Assembly (NCBI RefSeq): GCF_024521635.1
Contig: NW_026250407.1
Location: forward strand, 1,116,001-1,180,000
Direction: 5' to 3'
DNA: 64,000 bases
Origin: Tricharina praecox
Taxonomy: Eukaryota
The position numbers and the translations under genes were made by a program. Shown one piece after another: positions 11,280 through 24,521 of the stretch. Every line of letters starts with the position of its first letter. The stretch's first letter is position 1. The notes under the pieces are model-generated. The model saw only the letters and a list, made by a program, of their open reading frames with translations, did no database searches and was not told where the DNA came from.

Positions 11280-14035
11280 ATGTCAGATATTGCTATGCCA
11301 GAAGCTCCGGCTCTCCCGCCGGGCTCGGCCACTGGATCAAAGATCTTCAATGAGGTGGTGTTTCATATCGTCACCAACGATAAACTTTCGCAGGAAACAG
11401 CCGCAGAGGTATGTTACATCCGCCTCCACAGCACGGATGAGCAGGATGCTGATAGGGCTTTCACAGTTAAAAGCCATCCTGCTGGCCCATGGCGCGACCG
11501 AAGCCCCAGTCAAACCTGCAACCGCCAGTTCCCGCGTTACGATCGATCTGGAAGAATCTACTCACATCATTAGTGCCAACACCGATTTTCCCGGATACGC
11601 CGATGCGGTAAATCTAATGATCCCCGTGGTCACCCCCGAATGGGTCAAACATTCTGCCTTGAAGAAGCGGGTCGCCCATGTACGACCCTTTACGCCCGAC
11701 CCGAGGTTCTTCTTCTCGAACGTTGTTGCTACGGTTGCGGAGCTCCCACCCGGGGATAAAGAGGCTATTTGTGGAGGAATTGTGGCCATGGGGGGACAGT
11801 ATTCGCATCATTTGACGAAGTTTACGACGCACATTGTAGCATTGAACACCGACAACGTAGGGCAATCGAACAGGATTTCGTGGGCTGCCCCGAGGCTAAC
11901 TTGTCGGTACTGTAGGATAAATGTCGCCAGGCCACCAACAAGAAACTTTCGCTGAAGATCGTACTACCGCACTGGTTCGACGACTGCCTCAAGCTGGGCC
12001 GCCGGATCGACGAAAAACCTTACGAGCTTCCGAACCCCGAAATCGAAAGCCTCGGTGCTAAAGATCCGATTCCTACTCTGCAGATCCCAGATCTCCGGTA
12101 CACGCATGCCCATCAGGGAGGACCTATGAGCGGCGGCCCGCCGAAGCCACCGCGTGAGGGATACAATATCTTCAATGGGAAGCGGGTCATGCTGGGACTG
12201 GACTTGATGATAAATGACCGCCTTAGGGAAGTGATTGTGGACATCATTACTCAGACTAAGGGAAAGGTCACCAGTGATGTGGATGAGGCAGATGTTTACA
12301 TTGGACAGTATCGCGAAGGAGATGACTACGTTTTGGCTAGCCGGCGGAGTGCGCATGTGGGAAATCTTACATGGCTCTACTGGATGTTTGCACATGGTGA
12401 ATGGACGAATCCGTACGATCGACTGTTACACTATCCGATTGTCAGGGGAGGAATCCCGGGGATGAAAGATAAGGTGCGCATTTGTCAAGGGATTGCCAAG
12501 CCTTCTACGTTCACCTCGACTGACTGGCTGTGGTTTCTAGGTGATTACCGTGTCCAATTACGGTGGCGATGCCAGGATGTATCTTGAAAATCTCATCGAA
12601 GCCTGCGGGGCGAAGTTCACGAAGTCGATGAAGGCAGACAATACTCACCTTATCACTGCAAGGTACACTAAACCACCACCACTATTGCAACTTGTTATCC
12701 TCTAACCCTTCTCTTCCAAACAGGGCCCACAGTGAGAAATGCGACGCAGCGAAGGAATGGAACATCCACATGGTGAACCACCTCTGGCTGGAGGACTCCT
12801 ACGCCAGATGGAAAGTGATGACCATATCCGATCCTAAGTACACACATTTCCCCCGGCGCACGAATCTGACGGAGGTTGTTGGCCAAACTCGGGTCGACCT
12901 TGCCACTATCGTCCAGTTCTATGAGGAGGAGGAGGAGGTGGAGGTGGAGGAAGAGGGAGATACGTCGCCCAGTACTGCAGTTATAAGCAGTACCGCAGTA
13001 CATTCTCCTCCGGCTACTGCTATCGTGCAGCGTACGCCGGCTCCAACGAAGAAACGTAAAGTACGACCAGACCAGGACCAAAATGAGGAGCCGCCTGCAC
13101 CGCATAGCACTGGTAGGAAAGCGAAAGAGAGAGCCACTGCGAGACTGCACAATACTGTGATGCCCGATCTTGTGCTATATCAAAAGGAGCTTAAGCGGAA
13201 GGGTGGAGTGATGGGCAATGGTAGAAGCAGAGGGGGGAGTGTCGACAGTCCTGACAGTAAACGGGCTAAGTCGAGCGATGCCGGAGATGAAGTACCGGTC
13301 AAGAAGGGCAAAAAGCGCCCAAAGCCCACAATTTTCCTTTTGATTACTGCGTATTCCGGCTGGTGGGAGAATCCACAGAAGGAGGATGCAGAAAAGGTAT
13401 GGCCGAGAGTGATGTGGTATGATGTGGCACGTAGCTGATGTGGTGGATAGAAAATACTCGCAGATCTCGGCATCAAATGCGTCGACGATCCGGCGCAATG
13501 CACATATCTCGCCGCACCACACTTGGTACGAACGGAGAAGTTCTGCTGTGCTCTAGCCCGTGCACCGGTTATCGTATCTATAGGATGGGTCGAAGCTTGC
13601 ATCAGCGAAGAGCGGGTTGTCAAGCCCGATGATTTCCTCCTCCAAGACCCCGTGAACGAAAAGCGGCTCGGAGTAAAGCTTGCAAAATCCCTCGCGAGGG
13701 CGAAGGAAAATAATGGAAAACTCCTGGAAGGTCAGGCTGTGTACTGCACTCCTGGGGTCCAGGGCGGTGGCTACGAAGTTTTCAGAAAGATCGTCGAGGC
13801 GAATGGCGGTGTCTGTGTCTTGTTCCGGACGGCAAAACGACCTGCAAACGCCCCGGATAGCGATAAGTTGGTCTTACTTAGCGATAGTGCAGCGGACAAG
13901 AAGCTGTGGCAAAAGTTCGAGGGCATGGCTGCGAACGCGGAGAAAACGTGGTACATCTATAAGCCTGACTGGTTGCTCGAAACGGCGATGAACCAGAAGG
14001 TGGTGTGGAGCGATCGCTATAAGATCGAGGAGTAA
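11280..14035 (+). CDS. RTT107: Multi-BRCT DNA repair scaffold Rtt107/Brc1
   Basis: IPVVTPEWV...PDPRFFFSNVV...GGIVAMGGQYS...THIVAL; IVLPHWFDDCLKLG; VGNLTWLYW...RLLHYP; NHLWLEDSYARW...YTHFPRRTNL; RTEKFCCALA. These are tandem BRCT repeats. Confidence 0.9.
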
Positions 14036-14360
14036 AGCATGGATGGGGTCGGGTTAATTTCAAGGATATCACTGGTGTGGTGTGGCAAACTTTTCTTGTC
14101 TCTCTGGTTGGGTTCTGGGCTGGAGTATTAGTACTTGTACGGACGTCGGAGTGTGTAATTTGCTGTAGATATGTAACTACAACTCTACCCGAACTGCGGC
14201 GATAGCGCCAACGTGATACTCGAGTGATGATTTATGCCATACATAAGAGGTCGGGTAACAAACGGACCCTGGATGTCTGTAACCTCGTCATCTTGCAGCT
14301 ACAGTAGCCAGATAATGCACGACAAACACACCCTATAACTCATAACTACAATATTCCCCT

Positions 14361-17300
14361 ATGTCTATGCCCCAACAACGGTATCTTTTCGTAGGGTGTC
14401 TGGCTCTCCTTGTGCTGCTCAACACGGTTGCGACAACATGGCTTCCCTCTCTCCGTCTCATCGTCTGGGCCTTCTTCACGGGCTGCGCAGTGTCGTGTGT
14501 GGTGCTGGCTGCCGCAGTACTATTTACTAGTAACGTCAACACGTGCACAACATCCTCGGCTGGTTCAGTCGCCGAAGAAGAAGATGAAGATGATAATCCG
14601 CTGCGGCGTATTAAGCCGCTGGCGATCATCGCATCCAGCACATGGAAAGCCGAGACCCTCGCATTATCCGCCGAGGACTCATACACTCGCATCCCACTCT
14701 TCCCGCCATCATTCCAGATCTCACACGCTCTGGATAACTTGCTGGACCTTGTGAACCGTGACTTCGTCTCCTCATGGTACAGCAAAATCTCTCCGCAGTC
14801 GCCGTCGTTCTCCCTGCAGGCGGAGAATCTGATCCGACATGCTGTCCTTGAGATCTCGCGGCGGATACAGGCAATCGATGCGCCCCGGCTGCTCGTCGGG
14901 AGGATTGTGCCGCTGCTGACATCACATTTACATGATTTCTCGGCGGCGGAGAGGACGGTCAGAGGGAGGCATCTGAACATTAACCTCACTGAGTCCGAGG
15001 AGCTGGATCTGGCGATTGCATCCAAGTATAGGAATGGAAAGCTCCATGTTGCCGCTGGGTTGGGGTTTTCGGATATGAAACAGGCGCAGCAGGATCATCT
15101 CAGGATGCTTGTGGACAAGATTCTGCCGATGCTACTCCCATCAAAGGAGATGAAGAGTAGGGTCGTCAGCATCATTTCGAGGGAGATTATTGCTTGTGCG
15201 GTGCTGTACCCTACGCTACAGATGCTGAGTGATCCGGATACCTGGAATAAGATCATCGAGGCCATTGTAAGTTCTCCTGGTGTGAGAAGAAACATGGTAG
15301 CTGAAAGTGCTTAGGGGAGATCTACATTGCAAGACCGCAAGACAGTCCGGAAACTGCGAGCAGCGCTGGACCAACATGCAACTCCACACCCTCCAGACAC
15401 AGCCCGTCACTCGCGGGCCGTCACCGGCACCTTGCAACAGCAATTCATCCGCCTCACACCCAAAGACGACGAGCGCTCCTTTGAGCGTTTCATCCGGTCA
15501 ATTCGCCTCTGTAATAACCTTTCCGACGCGCGACGACTCCGGAACGAAATCACAGCCCAGCTCAAGCGCGACGCGAAACTGGAGAGTGTCGAGGGGTATA
15601 GCGTCTACCTGCGGCGTCTGGAGACCGGGAAGCGGTTGATTGAGCAGAGGGTGGTACATCTTTCAGCAGGACCGGGGAGGGCGGGGGGTCAAGGGTTGGT
15701 TAGATCGCAGTCTGAGATTGTACTACCCGCGAAAAATCACTCATCGAGGTTGGAGTCGGCGACGCTGGAAGAGGTTATGCAGGACTCGGCAGGGCTATCA
15801 TACTTCATGGAGTATATGGACCGCAAGCAACGGTTGGCACTGGTCCAATTCTGGCTGGTAGTCAGCGGCCTTCGTAACCCCCTGGAGGAAGACATCCCCT
15901 CTACGGATGAAGAAGACAGTCTCGCCACGGCAGCCGCCAACTTCGCACCCTGGAGTGCGTCCGACCGCAACGACATAGCACAGATCCACGACGCATACCT
16001 ATCCAAATCCGAGCTGCGGATCACGGACAAGCCCCGGCGCGCGATAAAGCAGTTCTTAAAGTACGGGGATAGGGCAACGCAGTCGCAATATGTCCGTGCG
16101 AGATTTTCGATACTGAGAGCGCAGACTGCCGTGTATAATGATATGCAGAAGAACGACTTTCCCGGGTTTAGAGCGAGTGATCTCTGGTATAAGTTCCTTG
16201 CGTCGGGGGAGAGGACGGCCGGTTTCAACCAGAGGATTTTTGATGACCGGGTTTCATCACCGGGCAGAGGGTCAACGGGCCGACATTCGTTCGATGGGCG
16301 TTCAGGGACCGATGGTGCCGATAGTAATAGCATTGATACTGACCCACTATCGGCTTCTGCTCACAATATTGGTGCGGCTACGGCAGAGGAGTGGAATAGC
16401 GAGGACCCGCTGTATTCAACTGGCCCGAAAATACCCGGGATTCATACGCCCGAGAGCAACATCGTCGAAGCAATGGAGGCGGCATTGAATGACATCATCG
16501 AAGGCCGTCCTAGTGCAGCGGATGGATCACCATCCCTCGGTGCTGCCTCACTACTCGGCACATCGGATCAGTCCCAGAGGAGCTCGTTGGACTCTTTTCG
16601 AGAGCGACCAGAAGGCAAAAAGGACAAGAAGAAATCTAAGCTGCTACCACCCAGTCTTTCCTCTCTAGGCCTTCTTGGGGGGCAGCCGAGCGGTGGCGTG
16701 TTCAAGGAGGACCTCTTCCCCGAGGAGAACCCGGAGGTCGCCGAGTCGCTCGATTACACGCAGGTCGATAAGACGGTTCACGACGACAACAGCGATGATG
16801 AAATCCATCAGGCCGCTCCTGGGGACCTGGGGCTTGCAGAGGCGATTGTGGCATTAACTTTTGATATTGAGAAGTTGTGTACGCAAGAGGCGGTGATTGA
16901 TAGCTTGTATAGGAAGGCGGAACTTACGAATAATACGGTGGAACTGAGGATTTTGAGGAAGAGTAAGAGTAGTCTACAGAGAGAGATTAGGAGGAAGGAG
17001 CTCCAGCGACAACAGTATATTGTCCAGGAGAGTGATAACAGTCTTTATGTGGGTTTACTCTCCATAGTTCCGCGGTTGGACAGTAACTGATGAATCAAAG
17101 GGTCGGTCGGAGGTTAGAATCAAGTCGACAATGGTCGGGAATGAGAATGGGCAGGAGTACGCTCTATGTGTGTATGTCACTCCTTTTGGACCCGTATTTT
17201 GACTGATTATCTAGATATGGTGGAGGTTCAACGCGAAGGTGGCGAGCAACTACCAGCGGCGCAATGGGTCGTCGCCCGGCGCTACAGCGAATTCCTCCAA

Positions 17301-18396
17301 CTCCACACGCAGCTAAAACGCTTCGAGTCGGTGCGGGACCTCGACTTCCCTCGTCGACGCGTCGTCCTAAAGCTACAAAAAGACTTTCTTGAGAAGCGGC
17401 GGGTCGCTCTCGAGCGCTATCTCAAATCCCTCCTCCTGGTCCCCGAAGTCTGCCGCTCTCGCGAGTTCCGTGCCTTCCTCTCCCAGCAGAGTATCGAGCC
17501 GATCCAAGACGGCGAGCAGGACACCGAAGATGGACGCAAGGATCTCATGTCCCGCCTGTACAACTCTATCGCGGATGGAATGGAAGACGTCCTGGGCAAC
17601 CTCCCAATCCTGGACCAGCTCTCCCTCGCCAGCGCGAATATCATTGCCGCAGCTACAAATCAGCTTCAGGCGCCGCAACCGTCCAAGAGTCAGAGCGACG
17701 ATGTAAACGCCATTGCCGAGGCGGAAGCGGAGCTGAATGCGTTTGAAGATCGCGAGGCACAACCGTTCGTTAAGCCCATCTGTGACCTCTTCTTGGAGGT
17801 GTTTGAGCTCAACAGAAAGAGCAATTGGCTACGTGGACGAGCTGTTGTCGTGGTGCTGCATCAGCTGCTGGGCGGGACGATTGAACGGTAGGTCATCTAT
17901 ATCCCAAACCCTTTCATATCCGCTCACTCGCCTAGGAAAATCCGAGACCAAACAAAAGCCACGCTCGACGAAGAGTCGGTACTGGGATATATCCAGCGTC
18001 TTATGGATACCATGTGGCCGGATGGAGCACTCTCTACGAGCAGCGGCGTGCCACGAACACAAAAAGAGAAATCAAAGACGAGGAACGAAGCTACTGTTAT
18101 GCTGGCTAGCTTGATCCCCGGTTTGCCTCCTCCTCCTTCTCCTCCTCCGAATGACATTGGATGTTCGTGAAGCTGACTGATTGGGCGGTAGAACTCTCGG
18201 CCAGTGTAGTTGGAAGAGCGAATGCCAAATCGGCCAGTAGAAGACTATCGGCTGTTTGCAACAACCAGAGGTTAAAGTACCTTCCCCTGATCTCCCTTAT
18301 CCCCGAGTCCTTCAACTTACCATATCTAGCACGTCGATTCTATACACCGTACTAGATGAGCTAGTAGAGGAGGTTTTTGGGGTTCAGGTTTCATAG
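14361..18396 (+). CDS. MDM1: PXA-RGS-PX-PXC sorting nexin (Mdm1/SNX13-14 family)
   Basis: N-terminal TM segments; PXA (RDFVSSWYSKIS...LSDPDTWN); RGS (GLSYFMEYMDR...LVQFW); PX (WVVARRYSEF...FPRRR...LEKRRVALERYL); PXC (NWLRGRAVVVVLHQLLGGTIER). The last exon ends ...EEVFGVQVS*. Confidence 0.92.
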
Positions 18397-18828
18397 ATTA
18401 AGTTCAAGTTCAATAATACTCGGTGTTTGAAAGAGAGTAATTCATCCCAAAAAAAACGATAGCAATAAATGTTCTCCAAACCCAGAAAAGACAATCTCCC
18501 TCCCCATCATCCGCAGAAGTAACAAAATGCAAAGCAAATCAAAACCCTCCAATGTTCAACAAAAACCTGTATTCTCCCCTACTCCCCTGGCTTTATCTTC
18601 AACCTCCCAATTGTGTGCGTGAATCCCTAATGTAACGAAATGAAGATAATGAGCCCGATAGATGTATTGGGAAAGAAAAAAAAAGTACGAGTTGCAGACA
18701 CGCAAAGGAGACAAAAAGCAGATAGAATCGACCGGAAGCCCCAGTCTCTTCCTAGCACACAGCAAAACAGGGCGTAGCACAGTGAACAAAAACGAAACAA
18801 ACACGTACATACCGCACACAACCAAGAA

Positions 18829-21800
18829 CTAACCACGACTGCTCGTACTCGAACTCTCGGACGACGGTGTACCGGGCTCAATGACTTGATTGCGGATGTG
18901 GAGGATCTGCTCGGCCACAACAAAAAGTAGGGCACATTCACAAACATTAGCCGTACTGGTCCTCATTATTTGCAAATGTCGCGATGTAGGATACCCAGTC
19001 ATGCTGCAGCAACTCGGCGGCGGACGAACGACTGCGAGGATCGCGCTCGAAACATTTCTTAAGGAAGTCGATGCCTAACTCCGAGAGTTGGTCGGCCGAT
19101 GGAAGTTGTGGCGGGTGTCCGGCCGCGATGTTCCACATGATCGCCCATTCGTTGTCGAGATTTGCCCAAGGGCGACGGCCCGTGGCCATTTCGAGGACGA
19201 CGCATCCGAGCGACCAAATGTCGATACTACCGTGTCGACCACTGTTGCTGCCCGTGATGACTAGAGGTGTTTACACTGTCAGTACGGCGAGTGCGGGGAT
19301 GGACGAGAGATTTATCATACCTTCGGGTGACATGTACATAGGTGTTCCGGTCATGCTGTTCAGGTTCGTCCGTGTGGCGGCAGTAGCCACGCCACCACGG
19401 GTCTTTCCTTGCTTCGCAATGATCTTTGCCGCTCCAAAATCGACGTACTTGATAATGCCATTGTGATCGAGAAGCAAATCTATTCACATGAGCAGGGTAT
19501 CCTGTTTAAAACAATGCAATAAGGAGGGCGAGAACATACTTTCTGGCTTGATATCACGATGCACAATGTTGTTCTCATGTAGGTACGCAAGACCCTCGAG
19601 CATCTGAAGAGTGTAAATCATGATAACTGTCTCGTCTTCGATCCGTCCATGTTCCAGCAGTGAAGCCAAGGATCCGCCAGAACAAAATTCCATAAAAAGA
19701 TACACTCTGTCCCGGTGCACCTCGATTCCGAAATACTGCACGATGTTGGGGTGGTCAAGCAACTCTAGCACCATCATCTCATCTCTGATGGCTGTGGCGA
19801 TTTGTGGGATGACCTGTGGATCTTGCAGTCGGATCTCCTTCACTGCCATCGGATATCCGGAGTCTAAGTTCATTGCGATGTAAACGGTACCGAAGGTTCC
19901 GCCGCCAACGAACTCGCCTTGTGCCCATCGTAGTGAGACATTCGAGAACGACGATTTCGAAAGATACGTCAACGACCGATCCGTCTGATTGCTGTCATCC
20001 AGAACACGTCCGAGAGCTTGACGTTCAGCCTGGATGGTTTTACGGGCGCCTTCGATCTCGTCTAGTTTCCGCAGCCATTCTTGTCGGATGTGATCGGACG
20101 CTTCGTTATCCTCCAACAGCATGCTTACATCTATCTTTTTGAGCTGTCCGGCCAGTGCCTCCATCTTCTGCTTCTCTGCTTGAGCCGCGAGGGTCGATCG
20201 CGCACCCATGATGTCGAAATGCGAAATCAGCAGCGACATGCACCCCGCCACCTTTGCTCGGAGTCTGGAATACTCCTGCTCGTTAAACGAAAGGATGTTT
20301 TGCCCACGCGTCATCACCATACAGAACTCCAGCGCTGTAACGGCCCATCTGAATGTGAGTCGGTGCTGGGCCACACAGTCATCACAGATGAAGCTGACCC
20401 AATCCACCGCTAGTCGTGTGAGCTTGCTATTGTTCCTTGTTTTCCAATTAATGTCCATGTACGTCTGTGAACGCTGTCCGAACTCAGTTGCAAACGCAAA
20501 ACAGGTCTGGATAAGTTCCTGACAACCCAGACCCATAGTTTGCCGACGGATTTTCTCCACACTATCCATAATAGTATTTGAGAGACGATATGTGGTTGTT
20601 TTGATCTTCATCAACTCTTGGTTCACCCGTGGCAGGTTAGCACGACGCTCTAGTAGGATGTCTAGATCGTGATCGAGCTGAGCAAATTTCATCCGTGCAT
20701 GGGCAAGACGCTGCTCGGATCCGTCGGCCACGAGACGCAGTCGCCCTGGTTTGATATCGACAATCGGCTCCTTCATATCAATTCTCATCACCCTCCCCTC
20801 CCACGACAGACTCTCCTGGGGTGATATGAGCAGCACGTAGGAGCACATATTATCGTCCCTCGAAACATCCTCGTGATAGCATGTTCGTAGAATCGACTGT
20901 ATTTGATGCGGGCGATCATAAAGCGAAGGATCCGCAATCATGTACACCCCTTCGTGATCAACACCGGGAGTGACGACTACGAAGTAATTGGCTTCGACCA
21001 AGGCCGCCACCAACGTTCGCAACTTAGACCTCTCCACACTGTACTCGGTCGCGTTCTCGAAGCGCTGGCTCAGGAGGCTTCATGAATCAGTTTGACAATC
21101 GCGAAAATACATTGGTTCATGGTGGGACTAACCGTGCAAATCGAAACAGTTTTCGTTGGCGAACACGAACAGAGTCGAGAATAGACTTGTAGCGCTTGCT
21201 AAGCTCGTCACCTTTCTTCTCCGGCGGTTTCTGGAGCTCTTTGTCGAAGTGTAGCATAAGCCGACTCAAGAGCTTGCTCGTCAAAGAACTAGGCTTAATC
21301 AGCATATAGCCTTTGTATTAAAATTGCGATCTACGAACCTGAAGTGCTCAGCTACTTCGATGTCGCCTCCCTCGATAAACCGGCCAATCTCGTTCGAGAA
21401 ATGCCACTCGGTCTCGAGGATTTCGGCCTCCTTAAAAGTATTCCGGTTGGAACCAATTCTCATTCCGATGAGTTTGAAGTAATACTTCAAACCTTGCAGC
21501 ACGACCTGTTCAAAGTTCTCGTCCATGCATGGTGGCAGATCCCAGCCTGGCTCAGGTTGAGAGATCTCGTTATATTCCTGCTTGATCTTCACCGCAAGCT
21601 GCAACACTGACTGGAATTGCGATATCAGCTGGTCCGCCATCATGGACACTGGCTCGCGCATCCTTTCGGCATACTTCAGTCGCATTCCTATGACTTCTTC
21701 GATGAGACGCGTTGGGAATCCAATTAGCACCAGGAGCTCTTCTACATATGGTGGGAGATGACGCTTCTCAAAAGCTTGGGAGTACTCGATCAAAGTGGCT

Positions 21801-23182
21801 TTGGCTTTCCTGATTACCGAGGCAAGGCCGATCAACATATTGCTTTCGCCAGTCAATGATTTCAGGTTGTCGTCTTTGAGTATGCGGTCCAGGAACGAAG
21901 CCTCGTGATCAATCCCGGCAACCTCGTTGTTTGCAGCGACGGAAAGGCACCGGAGGTCGAGATCTTCGTTGCCGACCCAGTTTTGCAAGATGAGGAGTTC
22001 GGTATTGATGAGTTGAGTGATATTGTTCCAGGAAACGATAGCATCCAGACTTGCTAGGAGATTCTGGGAGGTACAGTTCGGCTTTGCCTCCGCCATGGCT
22101 GCCCTCGACGGCCAGAGCTGCTCGCATCTTTCCCAGCGCAGAAGGATATCCTGCACCTGCTCGTTTGGTGTTTTATCCGTCTTATCTTTCCCTCGGATCT
22201 CGAAGTTTATCACCTCATCGATCAACGCATCCGCCTTGGACCGACCATCGTCGACCATCCGCCGCTGAGCCGAAATCGACCGCCCACACACTCGCGCGCG
22301 CATCCCGAGGAATAACTCGGATCGCATGGTCGAGCTCTCTTGCTCCTCCGTCGATCCGATCAATCGTCGCTTTTCTTGCGCGACCACATCCCCCATGAGT
22401 ACCGAGGCCAGCATGCTATGCCACTCCAACCGTTCTCGATTTGCGGGGATCTTCAGGTCTTCCGCCGACGGCTCCATATCGTCTTGAGCATAGTACATCA
22501 ACGTGTCGCCATCGTATTGGTCATTGTCGAAATGAATATCCGACGGCGATTCATCCTCCAACTCCGCGCCCACCTGGTAGAACATCTCCATGCCATTGAA
22601 ATAGTCTCCTCTGTCGGCGTTCTGTCGTAGTTTCTGTACGTATGCCTTCTCTTGCGATCGGTATAGGGCATTTGGATCTCGACGTGGAGGGCGATCCGAG
22701 CGCGACGACCGCGAATTGGTAGGGACGGGGTGGCGTAGAGGAGCATAGGTGCTTGACGGTGTCCGCACTGGCGCAGCGGGTCGCTGCAGACGGGTTGGAT
22801 TTTGTTGTGGTTCTGGAGAGAGCCTGCCAGATGCCGGGTATGCAGATCCACTACCATTTCTTGGTCTCGTCCACGGAAAGGTAGAGCCACCACCACCACC
22901 ACCACCACCACCACCATTACTACCACCATCGAGATCCTCGTCGTCGTCGTCTTCCTCTACTTCGTCTCCAATACTGTGAGTTCGTAGCCGCAGCGCACCG
23001 TTCGTGTGGGCGCGCGAGTCGACATTTCTGTCTCCGTTCGACCGCGAATAGGTCTGCAGCACGCCGTTTGTAGGAGCTTGGGCCTCAGCCGCCTCAGAGT
23101 CGGACATCCGTGCAAAGTCCGATGACGCGAAGTGGACCCCTCGAGAAGGTAATGATATTGAAGATGGTGGTGTGTCTCCCAT
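18829..23182 (-). CDS. SSK2: HOG-pathway MAP kinase kinase kinase Ssk2/SskB/Wis4
   Basis: RERLEWHSMLASVL N-terminal domain; kinase motifs GGGTFGTVY, MAVKEI, HRDIKPE, DFG, GTPMYMSPE. A final intron (GTATCC...GCTAAT...CAG) yields the C-terminus ILHIRNQVIEPGTPSSESSSTSSRG*. First real ATG is at 23182. Confidence 0.95.
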
Positions 23183-23823
23183 GATTAACAAATGTAGGGA
23201 ATGTCGGGGTAAGGTGTGGGGCGGTGGATGTGGCCGATTAAGTGACCCATAAAGTGTTAACTTGGACGGGTTGATGCTGACTCGGCCAGAACTTGTTTGG
23301 CGACGGGAGCTCCTGACCGCCAAGACGGATCTGCACATCGCCACAATTTTACATAATGGCTTGTCAGGTAGTTCACAAGCGAGCATTTGGTGTGATCGCA
23401 CGTGGAGATAAGTTACGAACTAATCCCTTAGCTATCTAGTCGAGAAATTACCGTCTGGTGGTTAACTATGGCCACATGCCAGTAGTTTATCTAGGCTTCA
23501 ATCATGAGAGTATGCAGTCTTGTATGATTTGCAGGGAGAAATCCGGCCGCGCCACAGCCATTATCCTGATCCTGAAGATTCTACATAACTGGCGGCTCAA
23601 GAAGAGCCCTAGCTTGAGCGCTTGAAAACAATCGAAGGGATGCAGCAAGATGAACCGCGTCGTACCGGTTACCGGTATACATGTATTCCGGTATCCTGAG
23701 CGAGCAGGTGTATTGAGAGAGTTACAATGTCTAATTCGCCTGCAATGTTCCGGCTTGCTCTCAATGGTGACATAATTACACTCTCATTTTGCATTTGTTT
23801 GATTATACTCACAGCCAGCCTAC

Positions 23824-23956
23824 CTACTCACACGACCGGAAAGACTTATCCCCCCCTTGTTAGATCTGTGGCCGTGTTTGGCTCACCATAGTAATTGAAC
23901 ATCCTCAGCCACAGATCTAACAGGGGGGTGATAAGTCTTTCCGGCCATGTGAGTAG
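23824..23956. repeat. Long inverted repeat / MITE-like hairpin
   Basis: 23824-23872 (ctactcacacgaccggaaagacttatc...ttagatctgtggc) is the near-perfect reverse complement of 23908-23956, with a 35-nt spacer. Confidence 0.85.
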
Positions 23957-24521
23957 ACTATGGCAATGTACCTTTATCCAGGTGGTTGCACTCTCAGCCC
24001 ATTCGGGAGCCGGTAAGGCGTTCAGACGGTGAGTGACATCTAGTGACGAAATTTCGAAGAATCATACACCGCCCTAGGCGTGCTGCACAGTTGCAGAGAC
24101 TGGCTTGAATATATGAAGCTAGTCATAGGATTGTAGACTATGGCAATGGCACTCTCTGCTTGTGATACTACAGGAAGGCGAAAATATAAATTTGAGTGAT
24201 TGGTCGTGAATAGGTATAACCACATTCAGACCATCCGATGTCATCTGGCCTTGGGCCTGGAGACACTGGTCCAGCCAGATTTTGTGGACAATGAGTCTGA
24301 AATCATACCCTTCTTTCTACATGTAGCCCATCTATTCCCCTCTCACATCTCATTTACACCAATCAGACAAATATATCATGAACCAAACCCCGTAAAAGTG
24401 AAAAAAATGAAATGAGAAGAATGTTCAGAAAACCAGACCCAATACTACCCTACAGAAACCCCCTCGATTATACAAAGCGAGGAGAATCTATACATACAAA
24501 TCGCGCAAAGAAATGACACCA

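Noticed and set aside
23183..23401. N-terminal extension of SSK2 in the 700-aa ORF
   Set aside because: It starts at a non-ATG codon. The first ATG is 23182 and the extension looks like 5' UTR.
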